The translations under genes and the position numbers were made by a program. The notes under the pieces were generated by a model that was not told where the DNA came from, did not search any database, and saw only the letters and a program-made list of their open reading frames with translations. DNA of 35,559 nucleotides from the sequence record SRR22947727_2319; one strand, 5' to 3'. Position 1 is the stretch's first letter; each line of letters starts with the position of its first letter. Shown here one piece after another: positions 10,592-20,147 of this stretch.

Positions 10592-10852
10592 ATGTCGGGA
10601 CGTGATCCAGACCCTGATCAACTCCTCACCCCTTCAGAAGTAGCGGCACTCTTTCGGGTCGACCCCAAGACCGTCACGCGTTGGGCCAAGGCCGGCAAAC
10701 TGACAAGTATTCGAACCCTCGGCGGTCATCGCCGCTATCGCGCAACGGAAGTTCACGCTCTGCTTGATGCGCAGTCGGGGTCCCGCGCGGGAGAAGCTGT
10801 TGCTCACGATGCATCACACGCGACGCCTCCGGGTGGATTCCCTCCCCGCTGA
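10592..10852 (+). CDS. bldC: BldC-family MerR-like transcriptional regulator
   Basis: LLTPSEVAALFRVDPKTVTRWAKAGKLTSIRTLGGHRRYR is near-identical to Streptomyces BldC; RBS GGGAGAG before ATG 10592. Confidence 0.95.
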   Translation: MSGRDPDPDQLLTPSEVAALFRVDPKTVTRWAKAGKLTSIRTLGGHRRYRATEVHALLDAQSGSRAGEAVAHDASHATPPGGFPPR

Positions 10853-10873
10853 CGTCCGACTACTGTGCAGTTC

Positions 10874-11287
10874 GTGAATGATCCGGAGCTTCGCGCTGGT
10901 GACGCGGACCGCGACGTGACGATCTCTGAACTACGCGAGGCGTATGCCGAGGGTCGGCTCCTGCCCGAGGAGTTCAACGATCGTCTCGACCGCGCTCACG
11001 AAGCCAAGACCTTCGCGGACTTGCGAGAGCTCACCGCGGATTTGCCACGAGAGACGGCAATTGCTGCGCAGGAGCCGAGTGAATCGGCGATAGAGCGCAA
11101 GAAGCTTCGGTCTGCTTGGGCTTCATGGCTGGGCGTCGGTGTCCTCGTGAATATCATCTGGTTCGCCACTTGGATGGGCAGTGGCCCGGCCCCGTATTAC
11201 TGGCCCATCTGGGTGGTCGGTCCGTGGGGCGGGGCCATGGTCATTTGGACGTTGGCCTCACGAGCCGAACGGTCATCGGATGACTGA
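10874..11287 (+). CDS. DUF1707 (SHOCT-like) domain membrane protein; start 10865 or 10874
   Basis: LRAGDADRD...LREAYAEGRL...EFNDRL...LTADLP followed by two TM segments (YYWPIW). Confidence 0.88.
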   Translation: MNDPELRAGDADRDVTISELREAYAEGRLLPEEFNDRLDRAHEAKTFADLRELTADLPRETAIAAQEPSESAIERKKLRSAWASWLGVGVLVNIIWFATWMGSGPAPYYWPIWVVGPWGGAMVIWTLASRAERSSDD

Positions 11288-12014
11288 ACCGCTGTATCGG
11301 GTCATCGTGGAGGGGTTCAAAGGAATCTTCGCTGTCCTCGGAATGAAACTCGACATTGTTGGTGCGGAGAACATCCCTCTGCAGGGTGGGGCGGTGCTCG
11401 CGTTGAATCACACGAGCTATCTGGATTTCGCGCTCGGAGGTGTGCCGGCGGATCGGCGGGGGCGCCGATTCGTTCGCTTCATGGCGAAGGATTCGGTGTT
11501 TCGACATCCGATAGCGGGACCCTTGATGCGCGGAATGAAACACATTCCCGTCGACCGGCACGATGGATCGGTAGCGTTCGAGACCGCCGTCGCGGCGGCC
11601 CGCGCAGGGGAACTCATCGGTGTCTTCCCTGAGGCGACGATGAGCCGTTCGCTGGAAATCAAAGAATTGAAAAACGGCGCGGTACGGATGGCGCGCGAAG
11701 CTGAGGTTCCTCTCATTCCGATGATCGTGTTCGGTGGTCATCGCGTCCTGTCCTACGACGTCCGCGACTTCACCCGGGGGCGGACGATTTGCATGACGAT
11801 CGGGCGCCCTATATCCACCAACGATGATGTCGACGAGATGACAGATGCGCTCCGCAGCACTTTGAGTGAACTTCTCGACGAGACGATCCACAGATACCCG
11901 GACAAGCAGCCGGGGGCGCCTTGGATCCCGCAGCGACATGGTGGTTCGGCGCCGTCACTCGAGGAAGCCGCTCGTATCGAAGAGCGGCGCCGAGCGGCAC
12001 GGGAGCCAAAGTAA
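11280..12014 (+). CDS. Lysophospholipid / 1-acyl-sn-glycerol-3-phosphate acyltransferase (PlsC family)
   Basis: NHTSYLD (HxxxxD), FMAK, HIPVDR, FPEAT motifs. Confidence 0.9.
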   Translation: MTEPLYRVIVEGFKGIFAVLGMKLDIVGAENIPLQGGAVLALNHTSYLDFALGGVPADRRGRRFVRFMAKDSVFRHPIAGPLMRGMKHIPVDRHDGSVAFETAVAAARAGELIGVFPEATMSRSLEIKELKNGAVRMAREAEVPLIPMIVFGGHRVLSYDVRDFTRGRTICMTIGRPISTNDDVDEMTDALRSTLSELLDETIHRYPDKQPGAPWIPQRHGGSAPSLEEAARIEERRRAAREPK

Positions 12015-12057
12015 CTGTCGACCTTGTGAGCTGGAAAAGGGTTGATCCGCTCGACAC

Positions 12058-13428
12058 TCACCATTTCTTGGAGCTGATGAGCACGTTGCGCTCGGAGAGC
12101 AACTCCACCGTTCCCGACGTATTTCGCAGAAGTGGCCCTTCGCGCCCCCAGTACTGAGTGCGCGTCGATGGAACTCCCTTGCCGATGAAGACCGTCAACG
12201 TCTTCCCGGCCGGGATCCGCGAGTTGATGACGAACGGGTAGGTGGCGCTCCGGTATGCCGCGTAGTAGCCATCGAGGTTGATCTCCTGCTTCGAGGTGTT
12301 CTTGATGATGATGTATTCCTCGTTGGCTGCCCGCGATGGCTTCTTTGACGTGGCGATGGGGTTGACGTCGGTGATCGTGAGCTTTCCTTGGGCCGGGTCC
12401 ATGCAGTCGACGACGCAGGGCCATTCGAACCACGAGCGGAACGCCGTGGAGGGGTCCAGGAGATAGACGCCATCTCCGGTGAATCGATCACGCGCCACAT
12501 TCGCTAGCAGCGCTGTTGTCGACCCCACATACAAGTCTCGGGGCTCCGGTGACCCGGGAGTTCCCTGACCCACATGAACTACCCGGTAGTCGTCGGGGGT
12601 GAGCATCGATCCGTTGGGGAAGATGAACCACGCTGTGGAGCCGGAATCACGAAGAATCCAGCCACTGAGGTCGACCACCGTTCCACCGGTGTTACGCACG
12701 ATGACGTACTCCCCGTTCGGATTGGCGTTGTCGTTGCGTCCGGCATTCCAGTGAGCGATAAGACTGATGGATGCGTCTGGTTGTTCCGGCGGCCCGCAGA
12801 AACGTGGGTTCCAGATGCCTCGCCCGGCGGCTTGAGCGCTCGCCACGTAAAGGGCGTAGGAGTACGACAGGGCGGCCTCGTTGGACAGGGTGAACAGCGT
12901 CGCGAGCCCAGCGCTCGCTAACTCGGCTTGAACGTCGATGTCGTATTGGCTGGTGGCTGGGTTCCATGCGAACGCGTAGCGCTGAGGACGATTATCCAGG
13001 CCTGCGGATTCCTTACTCAACGAGCGAAGTTGCACGGGCGTGCCCGGTGGAAGCAGGGAAGCCAGAACCCCGGTGGCCGCCACGGCTCCGCACATGTCCT
13101 CATCCCTGTTCTTGTTGTAGAACCCGCGAACCTCAGGGGTGTTGATACCGAGGAGTCGTACGGTGACGTAGGACGACGAGCCATCCTCGATGAACCGGAA
13201 CGTGTCGCCATCGGCGACGACATCGACAACGCCTGTTTCTTGAATAGGAACCTGCGTGTAGTCGACCGTCGAGTAATCAGGGAACGGAAACGGGGTAGAA
13301 GGCGCCGCGTGCGCAACTGCGCTGACGACGGACAGCGCCCCGAGGCACAGAACCATCACTGCGAACCGCGCACGGTGGGATGTCGAAGAGGAGAAGTGGC
13401 GACGCGAGCGCCGGGAATACATGAGCAA
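12058..13428 (-). CDS. Secreted thermonuclease (SNase) fused to two lamin-tail domains; start uncertain
   Basis: Signal peptide ending AHA-A; DGDT...VRLLGINTPE...AQAAGRGIW; two LTD-like repeats (EYVIVRNTG..VDLSGWILRD; EYIIIKNTS..INLDGY). Confidence 0.85.
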   Translation of the reverse strand: MLMYSRRSRRHFSSSTSHRARFAVMVLCLGALSVVSAVAHAAPSTPFPFPDYSTVDYTQVPIQETGVVDVVADGDTFRFIEDGSSSYVTVRLLGINTPEVRGFYNKNRDEDMCGAVAATGVLASLLPPGTPVQLRSLSKESAGLDNRPQRYAFAWNPATSQYDIDVQAELASAGLATLFTLSNEAALSYSYALYVASAQAAGRGIWNPRFCGPPEQPDASISLIAHWNAGRNDNANPNGEYVIVRNTGGTVVDLSGWILRDSGSTAWFIFPNGSMLTPDDYRVVHVGQGTPGSPEPRDLYVGSTTALLANVARDRFTGDGVYLLDPSTAFRSWFEWPCVVDCMDPAQGKLTITDVNPIATSKKPSRAANEEYIIIKNTSKQEINLDGYYAAYRSATYPFVINSRIPAGKTLTVFIGKGVPSTRTQYWGREGPLLRNTSGTVELLSERNVLISSKKW

Positions 13429-13437
13429 ACTCGCGGT

Positions 13438-13629
13438 CTAGGTGCGGCGTTCGCGAAGCTTCTTCACGCCGACAATGATCACAGCGACCGAAACACCCAA
13501 GATCAACGCTTCGATCAGACCGGCCTGACCGCTCGTAAGGGCGAAGATGATGATGGCAAGACCGAGGACGCCAGTGCCGATATACGCCCACGGCGTCCAG
13601 GAAGGCTCATCGCGCTCGTCGTCATTCAT
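13438..13629 (-). CDS. Small two-TM hypothetical membrane protein
   Basis: 63-aa ORF with two hydrophobic stretches and a basic tail; TACACT lies 7 nt before the ATG. Confidence 0.65.
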   Translation of the reverse strand: MNDDERDEPSWTPWAYIGTGVLGLAIIIFALTSGQAGLIEALILGVSVAVIIVGVKKLRERRT

Positions 13630-13680
13630 AGAAGGCAGTGTACGTAATGCCACAGACCCAGACCCTGGGACACTGCAGCT

Positions 13681-14040
13681 ATGACCGGGCCTTTCTCGAC
13701 CGCAACCATCATCTTCGGGTTGCTCCTAGCCGTGTGGGCGTTGGTCTATCTGGTGATGAACAAGCGAGTGGATCGCTATCTGCAGATCGCAACACTGGGC
13801 CTGGCGGTGATGTTTGTCGTTCTCGCCGTTGGTGGAATTGTGCAGATGATGGGGACAGACAAGGAGCTTGCTCGGGCCGAATTCGTTGGGTATCTACTGC
13901 TGTCTCCGCTGATTCCCGTGGGAGCTTGGTGGTGGGCGAAGAATGACGAGACCCGGTGGGGTGCGGGCGTGCTCCTTGTCGTGGGTCTCGTGATGCCTGT
14001 CCTGGTGGTCCGGATTCAGCAGGTGTGGGCCGGTGTCTGA
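13681..14040 (+). CDS. Hypothetical integral membrane protein (about 4 TM)
   Basis: Hydrophobic ORF that overlaps the next gene. Confidence 0.75.
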   Translation: MTGPFSTATIIFGLLLAVWALVYLVMNKRVDRYLQIATLGLAVMFVVLAVGGIVQMMGTDKELARAEFVGYLLLSPLIPVGAWWWAKNDETRWGAGVLLVVGLVMPVLVVRIQQVWAGV

Positions 14041-14431
14041 GCACGTGAAAGCACGAACGAACCAGGGGTTTGGTCGCGTCCTCGTTATTGTGTATGCGAT
14101 CTTCGCCATAGGAGCCACGGCTCGATCCGTCATTCAAATCACGCGGCGACTTGACGAGGCGCCTGTCGCCTACTTGCTGTCGGCTTTTGCGGCCGTCGTC
14201 TACATCGTTGCGACGATTGCGCTTGCTCGGGGAAACCGGACGTCACGGAAAGTCGCCTACGTTGCCATCGGTATCGAGATGGCAGGTGTCATCGTGATCG
14301 GCGCCCTGAGTCTGCTCATCCCCGATGCTTTCCCGCGTGCCACCGTGTGGTCCACGTTTGGTAGCGGCTACCTCTTCATCCCTTTGATCTTGCCGCCGCT
14401 CGCGTTGTGGTGGTTGCGGCGCACCGAGTAG
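14033..14431 (+). CDS. Actinobacterial hypothetical integral membrane protein (about 4 TM)
   Basis: GFGRVLVIVYAIFAIGATARS...AYLLSAFAAVVY...TVWSTFGSGYLFIPLILP, a pattern recalled from actinobacterial membrane proteins. Confidence 0.78.
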   Translation: MSEHVKARTNQGFGRVLVIVYAIFAIGATARSVIQITRRLDEAPVAYLLSAFAAVVYIVATIALARGNRTSRKVAYVAIGIEMAGVIVIGALSLLIPDAFPRATVWSTFGSGYLFIPLILPPLALWWLRRTE

Positions 14432-14437
14432 CAGCGC

Positions 14438-15367
14438 TTAACTGGCACCTGTCGTCGAGACAAGGGATGCGATGTGCTCGGGAAATATTCCGCAGCATCC
14501 GCCGATGATGCCCGCGCCCTGCTGACGCCAATCATGAGCTTTACGAGCGAATGCGCCCGGCGTCAGCATCTCGTCGTACTCCCGGTACGTCGGAACGGAA
14601 TCGTCGTCGGCGGCACTTGCACGAAACTCATCACTGAAGCCGTTGGCGTACACCCCGATCGTCAGATCGGGTGCAGCCTGCGCGAGAAGGGGGAGAGCGA
14701 ATGTGATGGCTTCCGAGCTGCTGCAGTTGAGCAGTACTGCCTCGACGTTCCTGAACTCAGCGATTGCCGCGACGCCCTCCGCGATCGCCTCCCCGCTCCT
14801 AAGACATCCAACATCGACCTCGGACACAGTGAAGGAAACCCACACCGGGAGCCCCGCCGCATCGGCTGCCTCGGCAGCTGCAAAGGCCTCGACGGTGGAA
14901 TGCATGGTCTCGCACAACAGGACGTCCGATGACGGAGCGACGGAATCGACAATCATTCGATAGGTGCTCGACAGTTCGTCAAAGTCCCCAACGCGATCCG
15001 GTCGATAGCTCTCGTGGAGGGGCGGCAAGCAGCCGGCAACGAGAGGGCGCGCACGCGATAACCCCTCCGATACAGCGATATCGCGCGCTCTCGCAGCAAG
15101 CGCGCCACCCGCCTGGACGAGGTCCACCACGTCGTCGGGAGAACCACCACCTTCGGCCCCAAGAGCAGCGGGCACACAGGCATAGGTATTGGTGGTGATG
15201 ACGTCAGCGCCAGAACGCAGGAACTGAAGGTGAGATTGGAGAACGATGTCGGGAGAGTCACGGTTCGCTCGAGCAACGCCACGGAAGCGCTCCATAGTGC
15301 CGATGGGACCGGAGATCTCGACACCATTGCGGCGCAGGAGGTGTCCCATTCCCCCGTCGAGAATCAC
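14438..15367 (-). CDS. Homocysteine S-methyltransferase family protein
   Basis: LDGGMG, GADVITTNTY, ET, LLNC, YAN, IGGCCG (Zn ligands); GTG start overlaps the phzF TGA. Confidence 0.9.
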   Translation of the reverse strand: MILDGGMGHLLRRNGVEISGPIGTMERFRGVARANRDSPDIVLQSHLQFLRSGADVITTNTYACVPAALGAEGGGSPDDVVDLVQAGGALAARARDIAVSEGLSRARPLVAGCLPPLHESYRPDRVGDFDELSSTYRMIVDSVAPSSDVLLCETMHSTVEAFAAAEAADAAGLPVWVSFTVSEVDVGCLRSGEAIAEGVAAIAEFRNVEAVLLNCSSSEAITFALPLLAQAAPDLTIGVYANGFSDEFRASAADDDSVPTYREYDEMLTPGAFARKAHDWRQQGAGIIGGCCGIFPEHIASLVSTTGAS

Positions 15368-16200
15368 AATGACACCGTCCCGTCGATAACTGTCACCGTT
15401 CTTCCCCCGACCCACACGTCGTCGAGGTGCCTTTCGACGGAAACTAGTCCACGCCGACCGAGTGCGCGACCTTGAAGTGCGGTGTAGGAATCCGGTGCGA
15501 GCCCTGCACCGATGAGCCACTGGCCGAGCGCTGCGTTGAGCGACCCGGTAGCAGGGTCCTCGGTTATCCCTTGGTTGCCGGGAAAGAATGCCCGCACTTC
15601 AAAGTCAGTCTCCACGGAACTCGGTGCGATAAGTCCGACGTCAGCGTGTGCGAGGAGCTCTGGGTTGGGAGATACAGAGTGCAGATCCTCGGTGGAGCGA
15701 AGGAGAAGGCCGCGCCAGCCGGGCCCGTTGTCGCACCACTGGTGAGCGACCACGGCATCCGGGGACAAATCGAGCCCATGAAGAGTTTCGTCCAAGATGT
15801 CGTCCTCGAGAGGTCCGGTGCGATTGCGCGGTGGCGCCGCGAAACTCAAAGCTCCGTCCGGTGTGCGCCGTATTCGAACCAGACCTGCTCCGCACTCCTG
15901 CACGATGTGGTCATCGGCTGGCTCACCCCCGGCCTCCAACCATGCATGGCATGTTCCCAAGGTTGGGTGGCCAGCGAAGGGGAGCTCGCGTCCGGGACAG
16001 AAGATCCGCACGGCGTAGTCGGCTGATGGATCTGTTGCCGGCACGACGAAGGTGGCCTCGGACAGATTCGTCCACTCGGTGAAAGCGTGCATCTGCTGCG
16101 TCGTCAACCCTGCTCCGTCGAGTACGACGGCGACGGGATTACCGAGAGTCGGCTCAGCGGTGAATACGTCTACTTGAGCGAAGGGACGAGGAGCAATCAT
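15364..16200 (-). CDS. PhzF-family isomerase/epimerase
   Basis: QVDVF...GNPVAVV, NLSEATF, ELPFAGHPTLG, EDPATGS. Confidence 0.93.
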   Translation of the reverse strand: MIAPRPFAQVDVFTAEPTLGNPVAVVLDGAGLTTQQMHAFTEWTNLSEATFVVPATDPSADYAVRIFCPGRELPFAGHPTLGTCHAWLEAGGEPADDHIVQECGAGLVRIRRTPDGALSFAAPPRNRTGPLEDDILDETLHGLDLSPDAVVAHQWCDNGPGWRGLLLRSTEDLHSVSPNPELLAHADVGLIAPSSVETDFEVRAFFPGNQGITEDPATGSLNAALGQWLIGAGLAPDSYTALQGRALGRRGLVSVERHLDDVWVGGRTVTVIDGTVSL

Positions 16201-16215
16201 GCGAAGCAGACGTGG

Positions 16216-16797
16216 TCAGTTGTGCTGGGTCGACGCATCGGAATCGTGGCGTTGCGCCAGCGCTCGCTTCGTTGCCCAGGCGAAGACCCGAATGGTGACA
16301 GCCAAGAAACCGAGGGTCAGTGCCATTTGGATCATCACCGCCAGTCGAGCCTGATTAGTCACCGCTGTGATGTCTCCGAAGCCAACGGTGGACAGAATGG
16401 TGAGGGTCAAATAGTGCGAAGACAAATGTGACAGCGGTTCGGTAAAGGATCCTGGGTTGAGCCCATCGATAACCAGGTAGATGGTTGCGAAAATCACCAT
16501 AAAGAGGGCGGCGCTCAGAATGAGACCCTCCACCGCGAGAACTTCCGGGTACCGGGATCCCAAGATTCGTTCTATTTCTCTCTTGACGAACCAGATGTAG
16601 ATCACCAAGCCGGTGACAAGTAGTGCTCCAGGGATGAAAATGCGTTGGTCGACGTCTTTCGGCACGAGGCTGTAGAGCCACCACATGAAGCCCAGGCCGA
16701 TAGCGACCCGGACGATGGACATGGCGATCGCCTTCCACCGATTGGGAGGTATCGCGTCGAATGCATGTATACGCGCCACGAGGCTGGAGTCTCCCAC
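16216..16797 (-). CDS. Potassium channel family protein (pore domain, no RCK); start uncertain
   Basis: Filter-like STVGFGDI between TM helices, with extra N-terminal TMs. Confidence 0.82.
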   Translation of the reverse strand: MGDSSLVARIHAFDAIPPNRWKAIAMSIVRVAIGLGFMWWLYSLVPKDVDQRIFIPGALLVTGLVIYIWFVKREIERILGSRYPEVLAVEGLILSAALFMVIFATIYLVIDGLNPGSFTEPLSHLSSHYLTLTILSTVGFGDITAVTNQARLAVMIQMALTLGFLAVTIRVFAWATKRALAQRHDSDASTQHN

Positions 16798-16855
16798 GTT
16801 TGCGGGGCCAGACGTATGACCGAGGCATTCGCGTTCGGTGCGTGTTTGAACTCGG

Positions 16856-18175
16856 TTACGTTCTGCCCAGCGCGAGGCGCCAAACACCGGCGAGACCTTC
16901 TGCCTCGTGGGAGCGCACCCGCGCGACATGCACACTGTCGGGTGGGACCAGCATTGTGAGGCCTCTCGGGTGGCTCACCAGTTCCACGGGGGTGGATACG
17001 TGGACGGTTTCACCGTCGATGCCTACGGCAATTTCTGGGCTCGACGATGTCACCTGCAGCTCGGTCGCAGTGAAGCGTTGCAACCCACCGCGGGAGCGTG
17101 ACTCGGTTGACTCATGTGATGGTGAGGCAGGAGTTGCAGCTGCCGGGCCGGTGATCACCAGGCCGCCAAGTTGTCCACTATCCAACACCGGTCGTTGTCC
17201 GAGGCCTAGAAGGCCGTCGGTGATGTATGGATTATTGGAAACCAAGAGAACGATTGATCCCGAAACTTCTTCGCCGGACGGAAGACGAAAGTGCATGTCG
17301 TAGGGATCGGTGTCCGCCGCCAGTACGTCGGGCAGCACATCGAGTGTCGTCTGAAGTTTCGCGTCCCGGTAGGAGTCGTTCTCCACGATCGAGGCATAGA
17401 GGCCGAAAGACACGTTGTTAACAAACAGTTTGCCGTTCACAGTCGCGTAGTCGATCGTTCGCAAGACACCGTTGGTGAAGGCAACCAATCCCGAGTCCGG
17501 GTTGTCTCGGTCCAGACCGAGATCCAGGGCGAAGTGGTTACGTGTGCCCGCGCTGATGACGACGAAAGGAATGCCGTGCTCGACAGCGACGGCGGCGACG
17601 AGTGCCTGTGAGCCGTCTCCCCCCGCCATTCCAAGACAATCCGCCCCGCGGGCGATGGCATCTCGTGCCAGTTCTTCGAGGTCCAAACCCTCCTGAAGGG
17701 TCACCACCTCGACACCTTGCGCCTTTGCTTGTTCGGCAATCTTGAAGGAAACGACTTTTCCGCCGCCAGATTTTGGATTGCATATCAACACCGGTCGAGA
17801 CGGTGTCCACGCTTGTGATGGGGCGTCATCGTCAGCTGATCGAGCGAGTGCGGTCAGGCCAAGGGCGACGGCGCCGATAGCCAGCGCGATCATCGTTAAA
17901 AGGGCGGGAACGTCTCGCAGAAGTGTCCACACCAAGAACGCGATCCCGAGCACAGCGAGGATCACTCCGACGATGCGCCGCGTGCGCCGGCGGCTAACGG
18001 TGAGCCAGGCTCCGATTGCCAACAGCGCCAGGCCCACCACGAGAGCCAAAGGTTGCCGTGGATCTCCTAGCCACGAAATGATCACGACGATGGGAAAGAG
18101 AGCCGTACACACAAGTGCGGCGATCGCAAGAAACCGTGGCACGACGAACCTCTCCCTATTCGTGGTCTTCGTCAT
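16856..18175 (-). CDS. Membrane-anchored diacylglycerol kinase (YegS/DgkB-like) family lipid kinase
   Basis: About four N-terminal TMs, then NPKSGGGK, AGGDGS, AGTRNHFALDLG, FVNNVSFG, IDGE. Confidence 0.9.
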   Translation of the reverse strand: MTKTTNRERFVVPRFLAIAALVCTALFPIVVIISWLGDPRQPLALVVGLALLAIGAWLTVSRRRTRRIVGVILAVLGIAFLVWTLLRDVPALLTMIALAIGAVALGLTALARSADDDAPSQAWTPSRPVLICNPKSGGGKVVSFKIAEQAKAQGVEVVTLQEGLDLEELARDAIARGADCLGMAGGDGSQALVAAVAVEHGIPFVVISAGTRNHFALDLGLDRDNPDSGLVAFTNGVLRTIDYATVNGKLFVNNVSFGLYASIVENDSYRDAKLQTTLDVLPDVLAADTDPYDMHFRLPSGEEVSGSIVLLVSNNPYITDGLLGLGQRPVLDSGQLGGLVITGPAAATPASPSHESTESRSRGGLQRFTATELQVTSSSPEIAVGIDGETVHVSTPVELVSHPRGLTMLVPPDSVHVARVRSHEAEGLAGVWRLALGRT

Positions 18176-18286
18176 CGTAGACAGGAACGTTGCGACATAG
18201 AGCAGACGGCATGCGGCGAGTGAGAGGCGACGATCAGCATGATCGCTCCGTCTTCCGTGGAAGTCGTTGGACGTTAGGGTTGTGAC

Positions 18287-18868
18287 ATGTCCGAATCTTT
18301 GTCGACTGAAGTACTCGAACTCGACGAATCCATCTATCGGGGAGTCGCCTCCGCCGCCACACCCAGCCTTGATGAAGGGTTTCGCCGCCTGTCGAGAGTT
18401 GCGGATAACTCGGTCTTATGGTTCGGCACCGCTGGTGCCTTGGCGCTCTTCGGTGGTCGTCGCGGCCGCCGCGCAGCGCTCAACGGCGTCGTCGCTATCG
18501 GCTTGGCCTCCTCGTCGGTGAACCTGGGCTTCAAATACTTGGCGCGACGGAATCGACCCGACCGGGAAGACGCTGCCGTTCCCGGGGATAGGCACGTACC
18601 GATGCCCGAATCGACGTCCTTTCCTTCTGGCCACTCAGCGTCGGCTTTCGCGTTCAGTGAAGCGGTCAGCAGTGCGAGCCCGACGATTGGTGTCCCGGTA
18701 CGGGTGATGTCTGCTGCCGTGGCCTATAGCCGGGTGCATACGGGCGTGCACTACCCGGGCGACGTCGTGGTGGGTGCCCTTATCGGCATGACGGTTGGTG
18801 AGATTGCACCCCGTGTGGTGGATCTTCTCGTGAAGAACAGCGCGGTCATTCGACGCCTGGTGGGTTAG
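18287..18868 (+). CDS. PAP2-family lipid phosphatase
   Basis: KYLARRNRP (C1), PSGH (C2), SRVHTGVHYPGD (C3). Confidence 0.93.
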   Translation: MSESLSTEVLELDESIYRGVASAATPSLDEGFRRLSRVADNSVLWFGTAGALALFGGRRGRRAALNGVVAIGLASSSVNLGFKYLARRNRPDREDAAVPGDRHVPMPESTSFPSGHSASAFAFSEAVSSASPTIGVPVRVMSAAVAYSRVHTGVHYPGDVVVGALIGMTVGEIAPRVVDLLVKNSAVIRRLVG

Positions 18869-18933
18869 CCCTTCCCGACTGGTGATTCAGTCATTTGGCA
18901 TACGCGTACGACGTAGACCCCTAGGCTCTGAAC

Positions 18934-19221
18934 ATGTGCTGCTTCGTTCTCGTGCTCGGATTCCTCGGGCCCCGAATTGCTTTCCTGGTCTACTGGTTGG
19001 CGTATCCGACAAAGACGATGCTGGCGTTCAACGATATGTGGTTCGTGCCGCTGCTCGGCGTCGTTCTCTTGCCGTGGACGTCACTCGCGTGGGTGCTGTT
19101 GTGGCCAACCGGAGGCTTCTCATGGATCCTCATCGCAGGCGCCTTCGCACTCGATATCGCCACCTACTTCGGTAGGGCGGCGCAAAACCGCGTGGGTGGC
19201 CCGAGTTCTGCACCCGCGTAG
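18934..19221 (+). CDS. Small hypothetical membrane protein
   Basis: Hydrophobic 95-aa ORF (GPR...LLPWT...ALD); TAGGCT lies 6 nt before the ATG. Confidence 0.7.
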   Translation: MCCFVLVLGFLGPRIAFLVYWLAYPTKTMLAFNDMWFVPLLGVVLLPWTSLAWVLLWPTGGFSWILIAGAFALDIATYFGRAAQNRVGGPSSAPA

Positions 19222-19265
19222 TCACAACATCGTCACTGAGTCAGAACGTCATCACCGTGGAACGG

Positions 19266-20060
19266 TCACGGTTCTCGTTTGGTGAGTGACTCCTCGAGTG
19301 TCGCGATCGCGTCTTGTTGTTGGGCGCTGAGTTCCTTGATGGCGTCGAGCTGGCTACGAATATCGGATAGTTCGTCGCCCGACTCTTTCTTTTTCGCGGG
19401 TGAGAGGAAGAAGTTCGCCAGATAGCCGGTGAGTGTGCCGAAAATTCCCACGCCCGTAAGGATGACGAAGGCTCCAAGGACACGCCCCTGAGTCGTGACG
19501 GGGTACTGATCCCCGTAGCCGACCGTGGACAGCGTGACCACCATGTACCACAGGGCGTCCGGCGCCGTGGTGATGTTCGAGACGGTCGATTGGGACTCGA
19601 TGGCCAGCATGCCGAGGCTGCCGAACTCCAGCATGAGGATGGTGACGAAGAGCAGGATGAAGAGCGCAGTGTCGGCGCGTTCGTTGACCACGGCGTCCTT
19701 AATTTTGCGGATCCCGAAATCTCGGAGGAGGCGGTAGACCTTGATGAGGCGGAAGAGACGAAACACGTTCGTCTGCGAGAACGGCAGACAGGACAGAAAG
19801 TCAGCCCATCCGTATTGACGAAGAAAATACTCAGATTTTGACGGCGACTTCTTCAGTCGGGCAAGGAAATCAAGACCAAAAAAGACGAACAGGACGAGGT
19901 TCACCAGGGTTAGAACTGCACTCAGGGACGGATCTCCAATAATGATCAACAGGATCATGTTGAAGATAGATAGCAACGACAACAGCGCCATGAAGATCTC
20001 GTAGCCCGCACTGAAGAGTGTGGAGGGGTTCTTCGCCGTCACTTTCTTCTCAGCCACCAT
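19266..20060 (-). CDS. 6-TM (Kv-like) potassium channel / ion transporter
   Basis: S4-like FRLFRLIKVYRLLR, filter TVGYGD, C-terminal coiled-coil-like tail. Confidence 0.9.
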   Translation of the reverse strand: MVAEKKVTAKNPSTLFSAGYEIFMALLSLLSIFNMILLIIIGDPSLSAVLTLVNLVLFVFFGLDFLARLKKSPSKSEYFLRQYGWADFLSCLPFSQTNVFRLFRLIKVYRLLRDFGIRKIKDAVVNERADTALFILLFVTILMLEFGSLGMLAIESQSTVSNITTAPDALWYMVVTLSTVGYGDQYPVTTQGRVLGAFVILTGVGIFGTLTGYLANFFLSPAKKKESGDELSDIRSQLDAIKELSAQQQDAIATLEESLTKREP

Positions 20061-20147
20061 CGCAGTCTCGCCGAAGAATTACCTCAGTGAGAACAAGCCA
20101 CGCCGCCGCGTGGATCATTCCAACGTCCGGCCTGGAGAAATTACCGG

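Noticed and set aside
12928-13647. 239-aa plus-strand ORF
   Set aside because: Antisense to the nuclease and the small membrane gene; no family features.
15364-16200. Phenazine biosynthesis cluster
   Set aside because: Only a lone PhzF-family gene; no phzA/B/D/E/G.
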